64,000 bases of DNA from Thermodesulfobacteriota bacterium (GTDB lineage Bacteria > Desulfobacterota > WTBG01 > JAGOGO01). The stretch spans positions 855,161-919,160 of the forward strand of contig CP113000.1 of NCBI GenBank assembly GCA_026625185.1, written 5' to 3'. The notes beneath the pieces were generated by a model. The model worked only from the letters and a program-made list of their open reading frames with translations, searched no databases and had not been told where the DNA came from. Below, piece after piece: positions 49,722 to 59,419 of this stretch (positions within the stretch are counted from its first letter, which is position 1; the number at the start of each line of letters is the position of its first letter). The position numbers and the translations under genes were made by a program.

Positions 49722-50519
49722 ATGACTTTAGTAGTAAGTGATATTTCACATCTAGGGATAATCATGGTTGGAGACTCGGCGGTTACTTATAAGTCGAATG
49801 CTAATGACCTAGAAGTTAGCGATGGAGCAGTAAAAATTCAATATGCCCCAAAAGTAAACGTCGGTTTTGCTTTTTGGGGGGATGCCTCGGTTAATAATAT
49901 AAGGATAGACAATTGGATGATAAATTTTATTAAATACCATATAAAACCTAATGATTCACTAGAAACAATTGGAGATAAACTTGTAAGTCAACTAAATCCT
50001 ATTCTTACATCTACCAATAAACCTTGGAAGGATTTGGTACGTGGAATTCACATCGCTGGATATAGAAATGGGCTGCCCTGTTTATTTCATATTCATACAG
50101 GACATAATGATGAACCTGCTCATGAGTTGAAATTTTACAGGGATTTTCCTGATGACCAAAAATGGAGCGAATTTCAGTTTAGTTATTTTCTTAATTTTGG
50201 TTTTATACATCTTGGAAACGGCTATCATCCGTTATTTGGCCCCTTATTTGATTATGTTTTAAAATATTCCAAAGAGTTAAGGGCAAACCTTAATATTGAA
50301 TTCCCACAGAAGAATATCATAGGAAGGCTGGAATTCTATAAACTTTTGGTAAAGTTCGTTGCAGGTACTTTAATTGCTTCTGGGATACATCCTGGGGTCA
50401 ACGATAAGCTTTCTGCAGTTGTTTTTAATGAAAACGGCTTACTTATTGATGAAAGATTAAATTTAAAAAAGAAAAATCGGACCATAAAAGATCATAATAT
50501 TTCAAATGTCTATTTTTAA
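49722..50519 (+). CDS. Hypothetical protein, AT-rich (foreign composition)
   Basis: The ORF is 265 aa at about 33% GC. An N-terminal GDS-like motif (IIMVGDSAV) is the only hint. Confidence 0.45.
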   Translation: MTLVVSDISHLGIIMVGDSAVTYKSNANDLEVSDGAVKIQYAPKVNVGFAFWGDASVNNIRIDNWMINFIKYHIKPNDSLETIGDKLVSQLNPILTSTNKPWKDLVRGIHIAGYRNGLPCLFHIHTGHNDEPAHELKFYRDFPDDQKWSEFQFSYFLNFGFIHLGNGYHPLFGPLFDYVLKYSKELRANLNIEFPQKNIIGRLEFYKLLVKFVAGTLIASGIHPGVNDKLSAVVFNENGLLIDERLNLKKKNRTIKDHNISNVYF

Positions 50520-51059
50520 GCATGTCACTAACTAACCATTCGCTCAAGACGACCGAATGGACGTACAACGAATACCCACGCGTGTAAATGGGAAGCGCAA
50601 GATTGAAATTTATGAATTCGCGCGGCGGTAGTGGTAAATTAAAAGGAAACGTTTCGGCAGCAGATGAAAGGACGGGACGTTGTTGAGAATTAACTCTTCA
50701 GTAAGTTCGCCACACTCCATTCATCGCGTATAGTGGCGTATCGCAATCCCCTCTTGATAGGGGTGTCACGAAGTGACGGGGTGTGTTGAGGAGTGTTTGA
50801 TTTCTTTTGTCACGATTATTAGTCAAGGCATAAATATGACCGTACTTAATGCCCCCTCATTTCCATCCTCTCCCCGGCGGAAAGGGGAAATCATTAGAAT
50901 TTATCTCTACCTTTGCGATAGGACCTGAATAAATGCGGTTTAACAATGTCTGGCCTTATCGGCGTATTTTGTTTTCCCGAAATTTCGTTGCTTCTTTGTG
51001 GCGATCTCGCCAAAATATTACCGCACGCCATCTCGGTAGTGCTCCACCTGCCGGCCCAT

Positions 51060-51217
51060 TCATGGCGGAGCTTGATGTGACCTACCACTGCAATTGTTGC
51101 TGTGAGATGTGCCAGCGGTGGAAAGATGCTCGTACAAACGAATTGACGTTGGCTGAATACCAGAATCTTGCCACTTCAATTCATGCCTTGGGGTGCTGTG
51201 GCGAGTATTGTTGTTAA
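51060..51217 (+). pseudogene. Truncated N-terminus of a radical SAM/SPASM-type enzyme
   Basis: MAELDVTYHCNCCCEMCQRW has a CxxxCxxC cluster like maturase N-termini, but the ORF stops after 95 codons. Confidence 0.35.
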
Positions 51218-51623
51218 TGTAGTAAAGGAAATCCTGGGGGTAGCGTTGGAAGAAATGGGATTGGACCTTGATGGTCTTGAAAATATTCTGGAGGATTTTA
51301 GCGATGATCAGTTAAACAAATTTAATGGATTACTTAACTTATTCAGGGACCTACAGTTACTCGCAGGAAGCCTCCACAATGGCTATGAGAATATCAATGC
51401 TTCACTTGTTAATTGTTCATTGGAAGAATTAATGGCCGGCGATAAAATGAGCATTATTTGGTCCCTCCACGAGACATTGCAGCGTGTGTTCAGTGCTCTC
51501 AAATCAGTCTTTAAAGCATTAAAGGCCTTCATCGACATCATGCCATCTGACCAGCAAAATGCTATTTGGGAAATGCTTGACAGTAAAGATGGGCGTTTCA
51601 GAGGGTGGCTTGAGAATGTATAG
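51183..51623 (+). CDS. Hypothetical acidic helical protein
   Basis: The ORF is about 146 aa with no motifs. It lies in the remnant-rich region. Confidence 0.3.
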   Translation: MPWGAVASIVVNVVKEILGVALEEMGLDLDGLENILEDFSDDQLNKFNGLLNLFRDLQLLAGSLHNGYENINASLVNCSLEELMAGDKMSIIWSLHETLQRVFSALKSVFKALKAFIDIMPSDQQNAIWEMLDSKDGRFRGWLENV

Positions 51624-51810
51624 TACTGAACAAGGATAGGAATGATGGTTGAGGGAAAAAAGGGAGAAAAGGGGACGTCTCACTCAATCGTTTTTTTCTT
51701 TTCCCTTTTTAAAAATTCACTTTATTTTGCCCTGATTTTTATCAAAAGTGTGGGGAATTAGCTTTTGAGAAACGGAAAAAACGGAATTTTTTAAATTATC
51801 GAAATTACTT

Positions 51811-51845
51811 AAGGGCGATAAGGGATTCGAACCCTTGACCTTTGG
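51811..51845 (-). other. tRNA 3'-end fragment (T-arm AAGGG-TTCGAAT-CCCTT plus acceptor 3' strand ATCGCCC), att-site-like remnant
   Basis: The minus strand reads ...GGTCAAGGGTTCGAATCCCTTATCGCCCT with a perfect T-arm. No D-arm, anticodon arm or 5' acceptor strand is present. Confidence 0.45.
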
Positions 51846-52136
51846 CCCTGAAGTGCATTAACTTGTTAGAATGAGTTTTTAAATTTGATTGGAACTGTTT
51901 AGGTTTGTTTGGGGAAATTAGTCTCCGGGAATGGTTCACTTTAAGTCTGTTTAGGCCTGTTTTAGTCTGACTACTATATAAAAACTATATAATAACCTAT
52001 CCAAGAATTTCCTTTAATTTCCAGAAAATCTTTAATTTTGGTAAGACAAAAATTGGTAAGACAAAAAAGATATTTATTTATTTCCCCTTAATTTCCCTCA
52101 CAGGAATGCTAATTTTCTATCCCCTCGCTTCTGTCA

Positions 52137-52328
52137 TTAGTTCATTAGACCTGAAATTAGGGTTTCTTGGGTTGCCCACTTCAACCTCTCCACCAATGCT
52201 TTATGGTAGGCTTTCCATTGGGGACAACACTTTGTGTGCATTCTCCAAAACACAGCGATTGCTGATTTGGGATATTTCTCTGAATAAGCCCTAACTTTAC
52301 ACAATCCGCACTTAGAATTAATTTCCAC
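52137..52328 (-). pseudogene. Possible transposase zinc-ribbon N-terminal fragment (IS1595-like)
   Basis: KCGLCK...RMHTKCCPQWKAYHK resembles the CxxC...CxxC ribbon of transposase N-termini. The ORF is 63 aa. Confidence 0.2.
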
Positions 52329-52786
52329 CTTCTCCTCCTTGATTATCAGTTAAAAAATTTTAACTTGAGACTCCTCTGAAACATCTCTTCAAGGATACCC
52401 CAATCCCCGTTTTATATTAGATGATACTGAAAAAACAAATTTAAAATTTTTTTACCATAACCTATAGAGAGATTTCAACGAAATTATGCATCAATTTTTT
52501 AAACCTTTATTAAAGGAGAAAAAAACTGCATTTCCTTTAAACGACATCGAAAGGATTTTCAGTCCAAACTCAAGGGTCTTAAAGTTTTAAATTTTTTTCG
52601 GAACTGTTTAAGTTTGGGAAAGAAAATGGGACATCCTGAAAAAAAATAAAGCGAGCCAACTTTTTGGCAGGTAATTTTTAAGGAGGGGGTCAGTTAAAAT
52701 CAAAGCTTGAAATTTTTCTTTAATTATTCTAAACTTAAAAATAATAACCCGGTTATTTTTTTCTTTTAAGAAGAAAGGAGGTCTCT

Positions 52787-53071
52787 ATGGCAACTTTTAT
52801 AATGTGTGGTAAGTATTCGTTAGAGGCTCTTAAGGGGATTAAAGCGGAACGGACCCAGAAGTCCGTTAAATTGATTGAAAAGTTTGGAGGTAAGGTTGAG
52901 GCAATGTATGCTGTGCTGGGAGAGCAAGATTTGGTGTTTATTTTAGATTTTCCGGGTATTGAGGAAGCTGCCAAGGCTTCAATTGCCTTAGCCAAAACGA
53001 CTGGCATCGCGTTTTCAACTAGCCCCGCGATTTCGGTTGATCAATTTGATAAAATTACTGCCAGGCTTTAG
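52787..53071 (+). CDS. GYD domain protein
   Basis: The 94-aa product has the GYD fold pattern and a GGAGG ribosome-binding site. Confidence 0.7.
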   Translation: MATFIMCGKYSLEALKGIKAERTQKSVKLIEKFGGKVEAMYAVLGEQDLVFILDFPGIEEAAKASIALAKTTGIAFSTSPAISVDQFDKITARL

Positions 53072-53124
53072 TTCCTCAGGGACCGGCCTTGCGCTGACAG
53101 TTAAACCTATGTTTAAACGGCAGG

Positions 53125-54201
53125 ATGAAATCAGGTAATCCCTTGCGGAAAACTGCCCGGACGGATGCGCGTAAGCTCCTCCAATTTCTTGAGCAGAAGA
53201 GAGAAGCTTTATCTCCTCTTTTGATCCTTACCCATGATTATCCTGATCCGGATGCTTTGGCAAGCAGCTTTGCCTTTGCTTATTTGGTCAAGAAGGGTTT
53301 TAATATTTATACCCGGATAGTGTATGGTGGTATTATTGGGAGGACGGAGAACCGGGAGATGGTTAAAATTCTTAAAATGCCGGTCCATAAGTTTAACGCC
53401 AATGACCTTAAAAAATTTTCTCAGGTAGCCTTGATTGACACCCAGCCGGAATTTGAAAATAATTCTTTTCCTGCAGACCGGCAGGCCACCCTTGTTATTG
53501 ACCAGCATCCTTCACTCATCAAGCCTTCGGCTGTCTGTAGTATTGTGGACCTGGAGTGCGGAGCAACATCAGTAATTCTTGCCCAGGCACTGCTTTTAAG
53601 TAACATTGACATTCCCCGGAGGATAGGAACCGCGCTCGCCTATGGTATTTTAACTGATACGCTCAACCTTTATAGAGCCAAAAGGGCTGATATTATCAAA
53701 ACCTATAGCGCTCTTTTGCCTTTTTGCGATATGCGTATTTTAGCGCACATCCAAAATCCTTCGCGATCAAGAAAATTTTTTACTACTCTGGGAAAAGCTA
53801 TTAAAGACGCCATGGTTTGTCAAAAGCTGCTTGTTTCCCACCTCGGGTGGGTAGAAAACCCGGATTTAGTCTCGCAGATAACTGAGTTTCTATTGACTTA
53901 TAAGGGGATGCGCTATGCATTTTGTACGGGAAGATATAATGAAAGAATTCACTTTTCGCTTCGAGCGACCAACCCGAATGCTTTGGCGGCAAATATTTTA
54001 CGAGACATTGTCAAGGATCCGAAAGAAGCCGGAGGGCATGATACCATTGCCGGAGGTAGTTTTGAGGTGGGGAAGGAGGGCGCCGAGTCCACCTGGAAAG
54101 AGGTAGAGGAGTCCCTTACCCAAAAACTGATCGAACGGTTAAACATATCAGGAAAGAGTACGTTTTACTTTCCCTTCAAGCTAACCCCCCGCATAAAATA
54201 A
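53125..54201 (+). CDS. DHH/DHHA1 phosphoesterase (NrnA/Pde2-like)
   Basis: The product has DHH motifs (LILTHDYPDPDALAS) and a DHHA1 GGH motif (GGHDTIAGG). Confidence 0.8.
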   Translation: MKSGNPLRKTARTDARKLLQFLEQKREALSPLLILTHDYPDPDALASSFAFAYLVKKGFNIYTRIVYGGIIGRTENREMVKILKMPVHKFNANDLKKFSQVALIDTQPEFENNSFPADRQATLVIDQHPSLIKPSAVCSIVDLECGATSVILAQALLLSNIDIPRRIGTALAYGILTDTLNLYRAKRADIIKTYSALLPFCDMRILAHIQNPSRSRKFFTTLGKAIKDAMVCQKLLVSHLGWVENPDLVSQITEFLLTYKGMRYAFCTGRYNERIHFSLRATNPNALAANILRDIVKDPKEAGGHDTIAGGSFEVGKEGAESTWKEVEESLTQKLIERLNISGKSTFYFPFKLTPRIK

Positions 54202-54213
54202 GGCCGATGGACG

Positions 54214-55410
54214 ATGGAGTTTTTTAACTTTATTAGAGATATTACGATAGCCGATTTTGTCGATATCCTCTTTATGTCGCTTGTTATTTACAGTGTGCTG
54301 ATTTGGTTTAAAAAGACCAAGGCGGCCTTTGTTTTGACCGGCATCATCATCATGGCCGGGGTTTATCTTGTTGCCCGACAATTTGATTTAACGTTAACGG
54401 CTTCAGTCTTGCAAGGTTTTTTTGCCGTGATATTAATTGTGGTGGTGGTAATTTTTCAAGAGGAACTGCGACATTTTTTTGAAAAGATAGCGGTTTGGAG
54501 CTTAAACCGAAAAAACCAAAAACCGATGCAGATATCTCGACCCGAAGTAGAGACCTTGGTTCGTACGCTTAATGATTTTGCCCATGACAAGATCGGCGCC
54601 CTTATTGTTATTCAAGGAAAAGATTTGGTTATGCGCCATTTGGATGGAGGAGTAGAGTTACACGGAAAACTCAGTGAGTCACTTTTAAAAAGCATTTTTG
54701 ATCCTCACTCTTCCGGGCATGATGGAGCAGTGGTGATTGAACGGGATCAGGTAAGCCAATTTTCCTGTCAGCTTCCGCTTTCCAAGGATTTTAAAACCCT
54801 TGGTCAAACCGGTACCCGCCATGCTTCTGCGCTGGGGTTATCAGAATTAACCGATGCGCTTTGTCTCGTGGTTTCGGAGGAACGGGGAACAATTGTTATC
54901 GCCCGCAATGGCGCACTTCAGACGATTGCTGATAGTGAAACCTTGAGCGCGGCCATAAAAAATTTTTATCAGGAGATCAGCCCCCCGCCGGTAAATAAGC
55001 TCCGGCAGGAGTTTTTCAAAAAAAATTCCCGGGAAAAAATCATAGCGCTGGTTATGACATCGGCGCTTTGGTTTGTTTTGGTCTATGGATCAAAACTTGT
55101 CTATAAAACTTATACGGTTCCGATTGAGTATTCGGCTTTGCCTACTGGTCTTACGGTTGAAGAAATTGCCCCTAAAGAAATTGAGGTTTCCTTTTCCGGG
55201 CCACGCCGGGCGTTTTATTTTTTTAATATCAATGAGGTCAAGGTCATTCTGAAGCTCTGGAACGTTAAAGAAGGAAGGCATAGTTTCAAGATCGCAAAAT
55301 CTTACCTTTCCTTTCCCCAGGGTATCGGCCTTGAAAATCTTGAGCCGTCAGTGGTACGAGTTAATATTGCTGCTTTAGCCGGCACCGAAAAAAAGGAGCC
55401 ATCACCGTAA
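54214..55410 (+). CDS. cdaA: Diadenylate cyclase CdaA fused to a C-terminal TM helix plus YbbR-like domain
   Basis: The product has three N-terminal TM helices and the DAC motifs DGAVVI and GTRH(A)S. An extra TM helix and a YbbR-like beta-domain make up about 130 further residues. Confidence 0.8.
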   Translation: MEFFNFIRDITIADFVDILFMSLVIYSVLIWFKKTKAAFVLTGIIIMAGVYLVARQFDLTLTASVLQGFFAVILIVVVVIFQEELRHFFEKIAVWSLNRKNQKPMQISRPEVETLVRTLNDFAHDKIGALIVIQGKDLVMRHLDGGVELHGKLSESLLKSIFDPHSSGHDGAVVIERDQVSQFSCQLPLSKDFKTLGQTGTRHASALGLSELTDALCLVVSEERGTIVIARNGALQTIADSETLSAAIKNFYQEISPPPVNKLRQEFFKKNSREKIIALVMTSALWFVLVYGSKLVYKTYTVPIEYSALPTGLTVEEIAPKEIEVSFSGPRRAFYFFNINEVKVILKLWNVKEGRHSFKIAKSYLSFPQGIGLENLEPSVVRVNIAALAGTEKKEPSP

Positions 55411-55411
55411 A

Positions 55412-55915
55412 ATGAAAAATTTTGAGTTCACGATTCGACCTGCGGCACTTGAAGATGCTGAAAAGATTTATGACTTGTTAAATGACGTGGGAGCAGAAAA
55501 TACGTACTTTATGCTCGAACCAGACGAGAGAACAGTGGAGCAGATCAAAGGGCTGGTTCGCCAGCAAACCCTTAAGCGGAGCCTTCTTTTGGTGGCCGAA
55601 AATAATGGTATCATTGTAGGAGTATTAGGTTTTATCGGAGGAGGATTTAGGAAGATTGCCCATGTTATCGAAATAGGTTTGGCAATTGGAAAAGATTTTC
55701 GAAAATCAGGAATTGGGTCAACTCTTTTCCGGGAAGCGATAGCCTGGGCGCGCAAAAAAGGATTTCATCGTTTGGAGCTTGGGGTTTTATCCACTAATCA
55801 GCAAGCGATCTCGCTCTATAAAAAATTCGGATTTCAGGAGGAAGGAGTGCGTAAGAATCGGTACCGGATTGAAGAGACCTGGGTAGACGAACTTTTAATG
55901 GCCAAGCTTCTGTAA
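55412..55915 (+). CDS. GNAT family N-acetyltransferase
   Basis: The 167-aa product has an acetyl-CoA binding motif. Confidence 0.75.
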   Translation: MKNFEFTIRPAALEDAEKIYDLLNDVGAENTYFMLEPDERTVEQIKGLVRQQTLKRSLLLVAENNGIIVGVLGFIGGGFRKIAHVIEIGLAIGKDFRKSGIGSTLFREAIAWARKKGFHRLELGVLSTNQQAISLYKKFGFQEEGVRKNRYRIEETWVDELLMAKLL

Positions 55916-56016
55916 AGTTATTGTGCATACCCGCGGGCATAAAAAATATAGTCGCGTCTTTTGCGTCATTACGGTTATTATTACGGGGAGATAACTTCTT
56001 AGGAGAAAAAGACTTT

Positions 56017-57048
56017 ATGATCAGTAATTCCGTTTTTTTGAAAGCCTGCCGGAGAGAGCCAACTGAATATACCCCGATTTGGCTCATGCGTCAGGCGGGC
56101 CGGTATTTAAGTGAATACCGGGCAATGAGAGAAAAAGCTTCCTTCCTGGCGATGTGTAAAAATCCCGATTTAGCTGCCGAAGTTACTCTGCAACCGATAA
56201 AGCTCATAGGGATGGATGCAGCGATTATCTTTGCCGATATCCTTCTCCCGCTTGAACCAATGGGAATTAAACTTGAATTTTCCCAAGGCGAAGGGCCGAT
56301 AATTCATAACTCCATTCAGAAAGAAAGTGATATAGAAAGCCTGCGGGTCATTGAACCGGAAGAAGATGTTCCGTATGTGCTTGAAGCGATTAAAAAAGTT
56401 GTTAATGAGCTTAACAACACAATACCGCTCATTGGTTTTGCCGGTGGCCCGTTTACCTTGGCGAGCTATTGCATAGAAGGGGGTCATTCCCAAAACTTCA
56501 TTAAAACAAAACAGTTTATGTATCATAACCCAAAATATTGGCATCTTTTTATGGAAAAACTCTCGACGGTCGTTACTCGCTATCTTAATGCTCAGATTGC
56601 GGCCGGCGCGCAGGCTATACAGGTCTTTGACAGCTGGGTGGGTTGCTTAAGCCCTCATGATTACGCTCGGTTTGTTTTGCCTCATTCGCAAAAGGTTTTT
56701 CAGGGACTTACCAACGATGTCCCGGCTATTCATTTTGCGACGGGTGCAGCTGACCTCCTTGAGCTTATGAAAGCAGCCGGGGGTAATATTATTGGGGTGG
56801 ATTGGCGAGTTGAGCTCGGCCACGCCTGGAAACGTCTGGGGTATAACGTCGGGATACAGGGTAATTTAGACCCGGTCACATTGCTTGCTCCGACTGCAAT
56901 GATCAAGGAGCGAGTGAAAAAAATTCTTCAGTCAGCCGAAAACCGTCCCGGACATATCTTTAACTTAGGCCACGGTATCCTTCCCCAAACTCCCCTTAAA
57001 AACGTTGTCGCGCTGATTAACATGGTCCATGATCTTAGCAAGCGATAA
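56017..57048 (+). CDS. hemE: Uroporphyrinogen decarboxylase
   Basis: FLKACRREPTEYTPIWLMRQAGRYL matches HemE. The ATG at 56017 has a ribosome-binding site. Confidence 0.9.
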   Translation: MISNSVFLKACRREPTEYTPIWLMRQAGRYLSEYRAMREKASFLAMCKNPDLAAEVTLQPIKLIGMDAAIIFADILLPLEPMGIKLEFSQGEGPIIHNSIQKESDIESLRVIEPEEDVPYVLEAIKKVVNELNNTIPLIGFAGGPFTLASYCIEGGHSQNFIKTKQFMYHNPKYWHLFMEKLSTVVTRYLNAQIAAGAQAIQVFDSWVGCLSPHDYARFVLPHSQKVFQGLTNDVPAIHFATGAADLLELMKAAGGNIIGVDWRVELGHAWKRLGYNVGIQGNLDPVTLLAPTAMIKERVKKILQSAENRPGHIFNLGHGILPQTPLKNVVALINMVHDLSKR

Positions 57049-57981
57049 ATGGAAAAACCTTATCAACATACCGGCATTCTGCTTTTAGCTTTTGGAGGAC
57101 CCAGTTCGTTAGAGGACGTAGAGCCTTTCTTGAAAAATGTTTTTTCCGGCCGATCGCTTAACCCTTTTGTTGTTAATCAGGTAAAAAAACGTTACCAGCT
57201 TATCGGGGGAAAATCTCCGCTGCCTGAAATTACCGAACAGCAGGCGCAGCTGCTTCAGAATAATCTTAAAAAGAGGGGAATGATCTGTGACGTTTCTATC
57301 GGCATGCGTTATTGGCAACCTTTCATCTCAGAGGCTATTAACACTTTACACGCAAAGGGAATAAAAAAAATCCTCTGCATTATTTTATCGCCTTTTTCAA
57401 ACGTGGCCGCGACCGGAGGCTATAACGAAGCTGTTTATCAGACGATCAGGCGGTTTCACCAGACCATGGAAGCGCATTTTGTTTCACCCTGGAACACGCA
57501 TGCTCGTTATCTTGATGCGGCAGCAGACAGGATAAAAGCAGGGCTGAATTTGTTTTCTGCAAACATAAGGACCTCTGTCCCCATCGTTTTTTCTGCGCAC
57601 AGCCTTCCCTTAGAGCGCGTTAGCGATGGTCTTTATGTAAATGAAATTAAAAAAACCATTGCCGGGGTGATAACGCGTTTAGAAAACCATGAATGGTATC
57701 TTGTCTTCCAAAGCCAGGGAAAAGAAGGAGCGTGGCTCGCGCCTCATGGGGAAGACGTCCTCAAAAATATTGCTGCGAGCGGTAAAAAAGATGTGCTGGT
57801 AGTACCTTTAGGATTTGTTTCTGATCACCTGGAAACACTTTACGACCTTGATATTGTTCTCAGAAAAAAAGCTCTTGACCTGGGACTTAATTTTCAACGG
57901 GCGCCTTCACTCAATGACAGCCCTCAATTTATCGAAGCCTTAACTGAGGTCATCGTAACCTCTCTGAGTAGCGGAACATAA
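57049..57981 (+). CDS. hemH: Ferrochelatase (possibly coproporphyrin ferrochelatase)
   Basis: The product shows the ferrochelatase fold pattern. Confidence 0.9.
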   Translation: MEKPYQHTGILLLAFGGPSSLEDVEPFLKNVFSGRSLNPFVVNQVKKRYQLIGGKSPLPEITEQQAQLLQNNLKKRGMICDVSIGMRYWQPFISEAINTLHAKGIKKILCIILSPFSNVAATGGYNEAVYQTIRRFHQTMEAHFVSPWNTHARYLDAAADRIKAGLNLFSANIRTSVPIVFSAHSLPLERVSDGLYVNEIKKTIAGVITRLENHEWYLVFQSQGKEGAWLAPHGEDVLKNIAASGKKDVLVVPLGFVSDHLETLYDLDIVLRKKALDLGLNFQRAPSLNDSPQFIEALTEVIVTSLSSGT

Positions 57982-59405
57982 TGACGCGCACTGAAAAAAC
58001 CATCGCCATTATCGGGGGGGGTATTGCCGGCCTTTCTGCCGCGCAGGTGCTTCAGAAAGAAATGGAAGAGCGGAAAGAAGCGATAACCTTCTTGCTGGTG
58101 GAAAAAGAAAATCGGTTAGGCGGAAACATCCTGACTGAGCGACACGATGACTTTATCATCGAGGGAGGCCCGGACTGCTTTTTATCCGAAAAGCCTGAGA
58201 CAATTACGCTCTGCCACAAACTCGGCATTCAGGATCACTTAATGAAGACCAATGAGCATGTCCGCGGCATTTTTATTCTCTCCAAAGGAACCTTACAAGA
58301 ACTCCCGGAAGGGTTTATGCTTCTTGCGCCCACGAATTTTTCTTCGTTTATCAAAAACCCTTTAATTTCACCGTTGGGAAAACTCCGGATGGCGATGGAT
58401 CTTATCATTCCAGGAATAAAATCCGCTGAGGAGGAAAGTTTAGCACAGTTTGTCACCCGGCGTTTGGGAAAAGAAGTTTTGGAGAAAATCGCCGAACCCC
58501 TGGTAGCTGGTATTCATGCCGGCGAGCCGGAAACCATGAGCCTTAAGAGCACCTTTCCGAGGCTGATTGAGTTAGAGAAAAGCTATCGAAGTTTGATCAT
58601 CGGAATGATAAAAAGAAAAAAAATGTTCAAAGGGAAAAAGAGCACTAATAACTACACCATGTTTATGAGTTTAAGAGAAGGTTTGGCGACACTTCCCGAC
58701 ACGGTAGCTGCTTCACTAAATCCCAAGAGATTTTTGACCGGAAACCCGGTCATTAGTGTTGAAAAACTTTCTGATGCTTCCGGATACCTTCTCACTTTGG
58801 CAAAGGGAGAGTTGTTAAAGGTTATGTCAGTGGTGTTTGCTACACCGGCGTTTGTCACTTCCGACCTCTTTAAAGGAATAGACCCCGTGCTTTCATCGGA
58901 GCTTTTATCCCTTCCGTATGTTTCCACTGCTACGATCTCCCTTGCCTATGAACGTAAAGAGGTCTCTTATCCAATGAATGGTTTTGGATTTGTAATTCCT
59001 CGGATCGAAAACAGGAAAATCATGGCCTGTACGTGGACCTCAAAAAAATTCGCGCATCGGGCGCCGCACGATAAGCTCTTAATCCGTTGTTTTGTGGGCG
59101 GGATAAAAAATGAGCATTTAACCCGTCTGAACGAGTCTGCGCTTATTGCGATCTCTCGCGAGGAACTCCGGGATATTATGGGCATACATGCTGAACCATT
59201 ATTTGCCAAGGTTTTTCGGTGGGAGAAATCAATGCCGCAATATATGGTTGGTCACGAAGCGAAGATAAAAAGAATTGAGGAAAGGTTATCGCTTAACCCG
59301 GGGCTCTTTTTGGCGGGAAGTGCCTATTATGGTATTGGAATCAGCGATTGCATTAAAAGCGGTGAAAAGGCTGCTCTGGCAGCGCTCAAATTTTTACCCC
59401 GTTAG
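57981..59405 (+). CDS. hemY: FAD-dependent protoporphyrinogen/coproporphyrinogen oxidase (HemY/CgoX family)
   Basis: The product has the N-terminal IAIIGGGIAGLSAA FAD-binding motif and amine-oxidase fold. Confidence 0.85.
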   Translation: MTRTEKTIAIIGGGIAGLSAAQVLQKEMEERKEAITFLLVEKENRLGGNILTERHDDFIIEGGPDCFLSEKPETITLCHKLGIQDHLMKTNEHVRGIFILSKGTLQELPEGFMLLAPTNFSSFIKNPLISPLGKLRMAMDLIIPGIKSAEEESLAQFVTRRLGKEVLEKIAEPLVAGIHAGEPETMSLKSTFPRLIELEKSYRSLIIGMIKRKKMFKGKKSTNNYTMFMSLREGLATLPDTVAASLNPKRFLTGNPVISVEKLSDASGYLLTLAKGELLKVMSVVFATPAFVTSDLFKGIDPVLSSELLSLPYVSTATISLAYERKEVSYPMNGFGFVIPRIENRKIMACTWTSKKFAHRAPHDKLLIRCFVGGIKNEHLTRLNESALIAISREELRDIMGIHAEPLFAKVFRWEKSMPQYMVGHEAKIKRIEERLSLNPGLFLAGSAYYGIGISDCIKSGEKAALAALKFLPR

Positions 59406-59419
59406 AAATGTCCCGCCTG

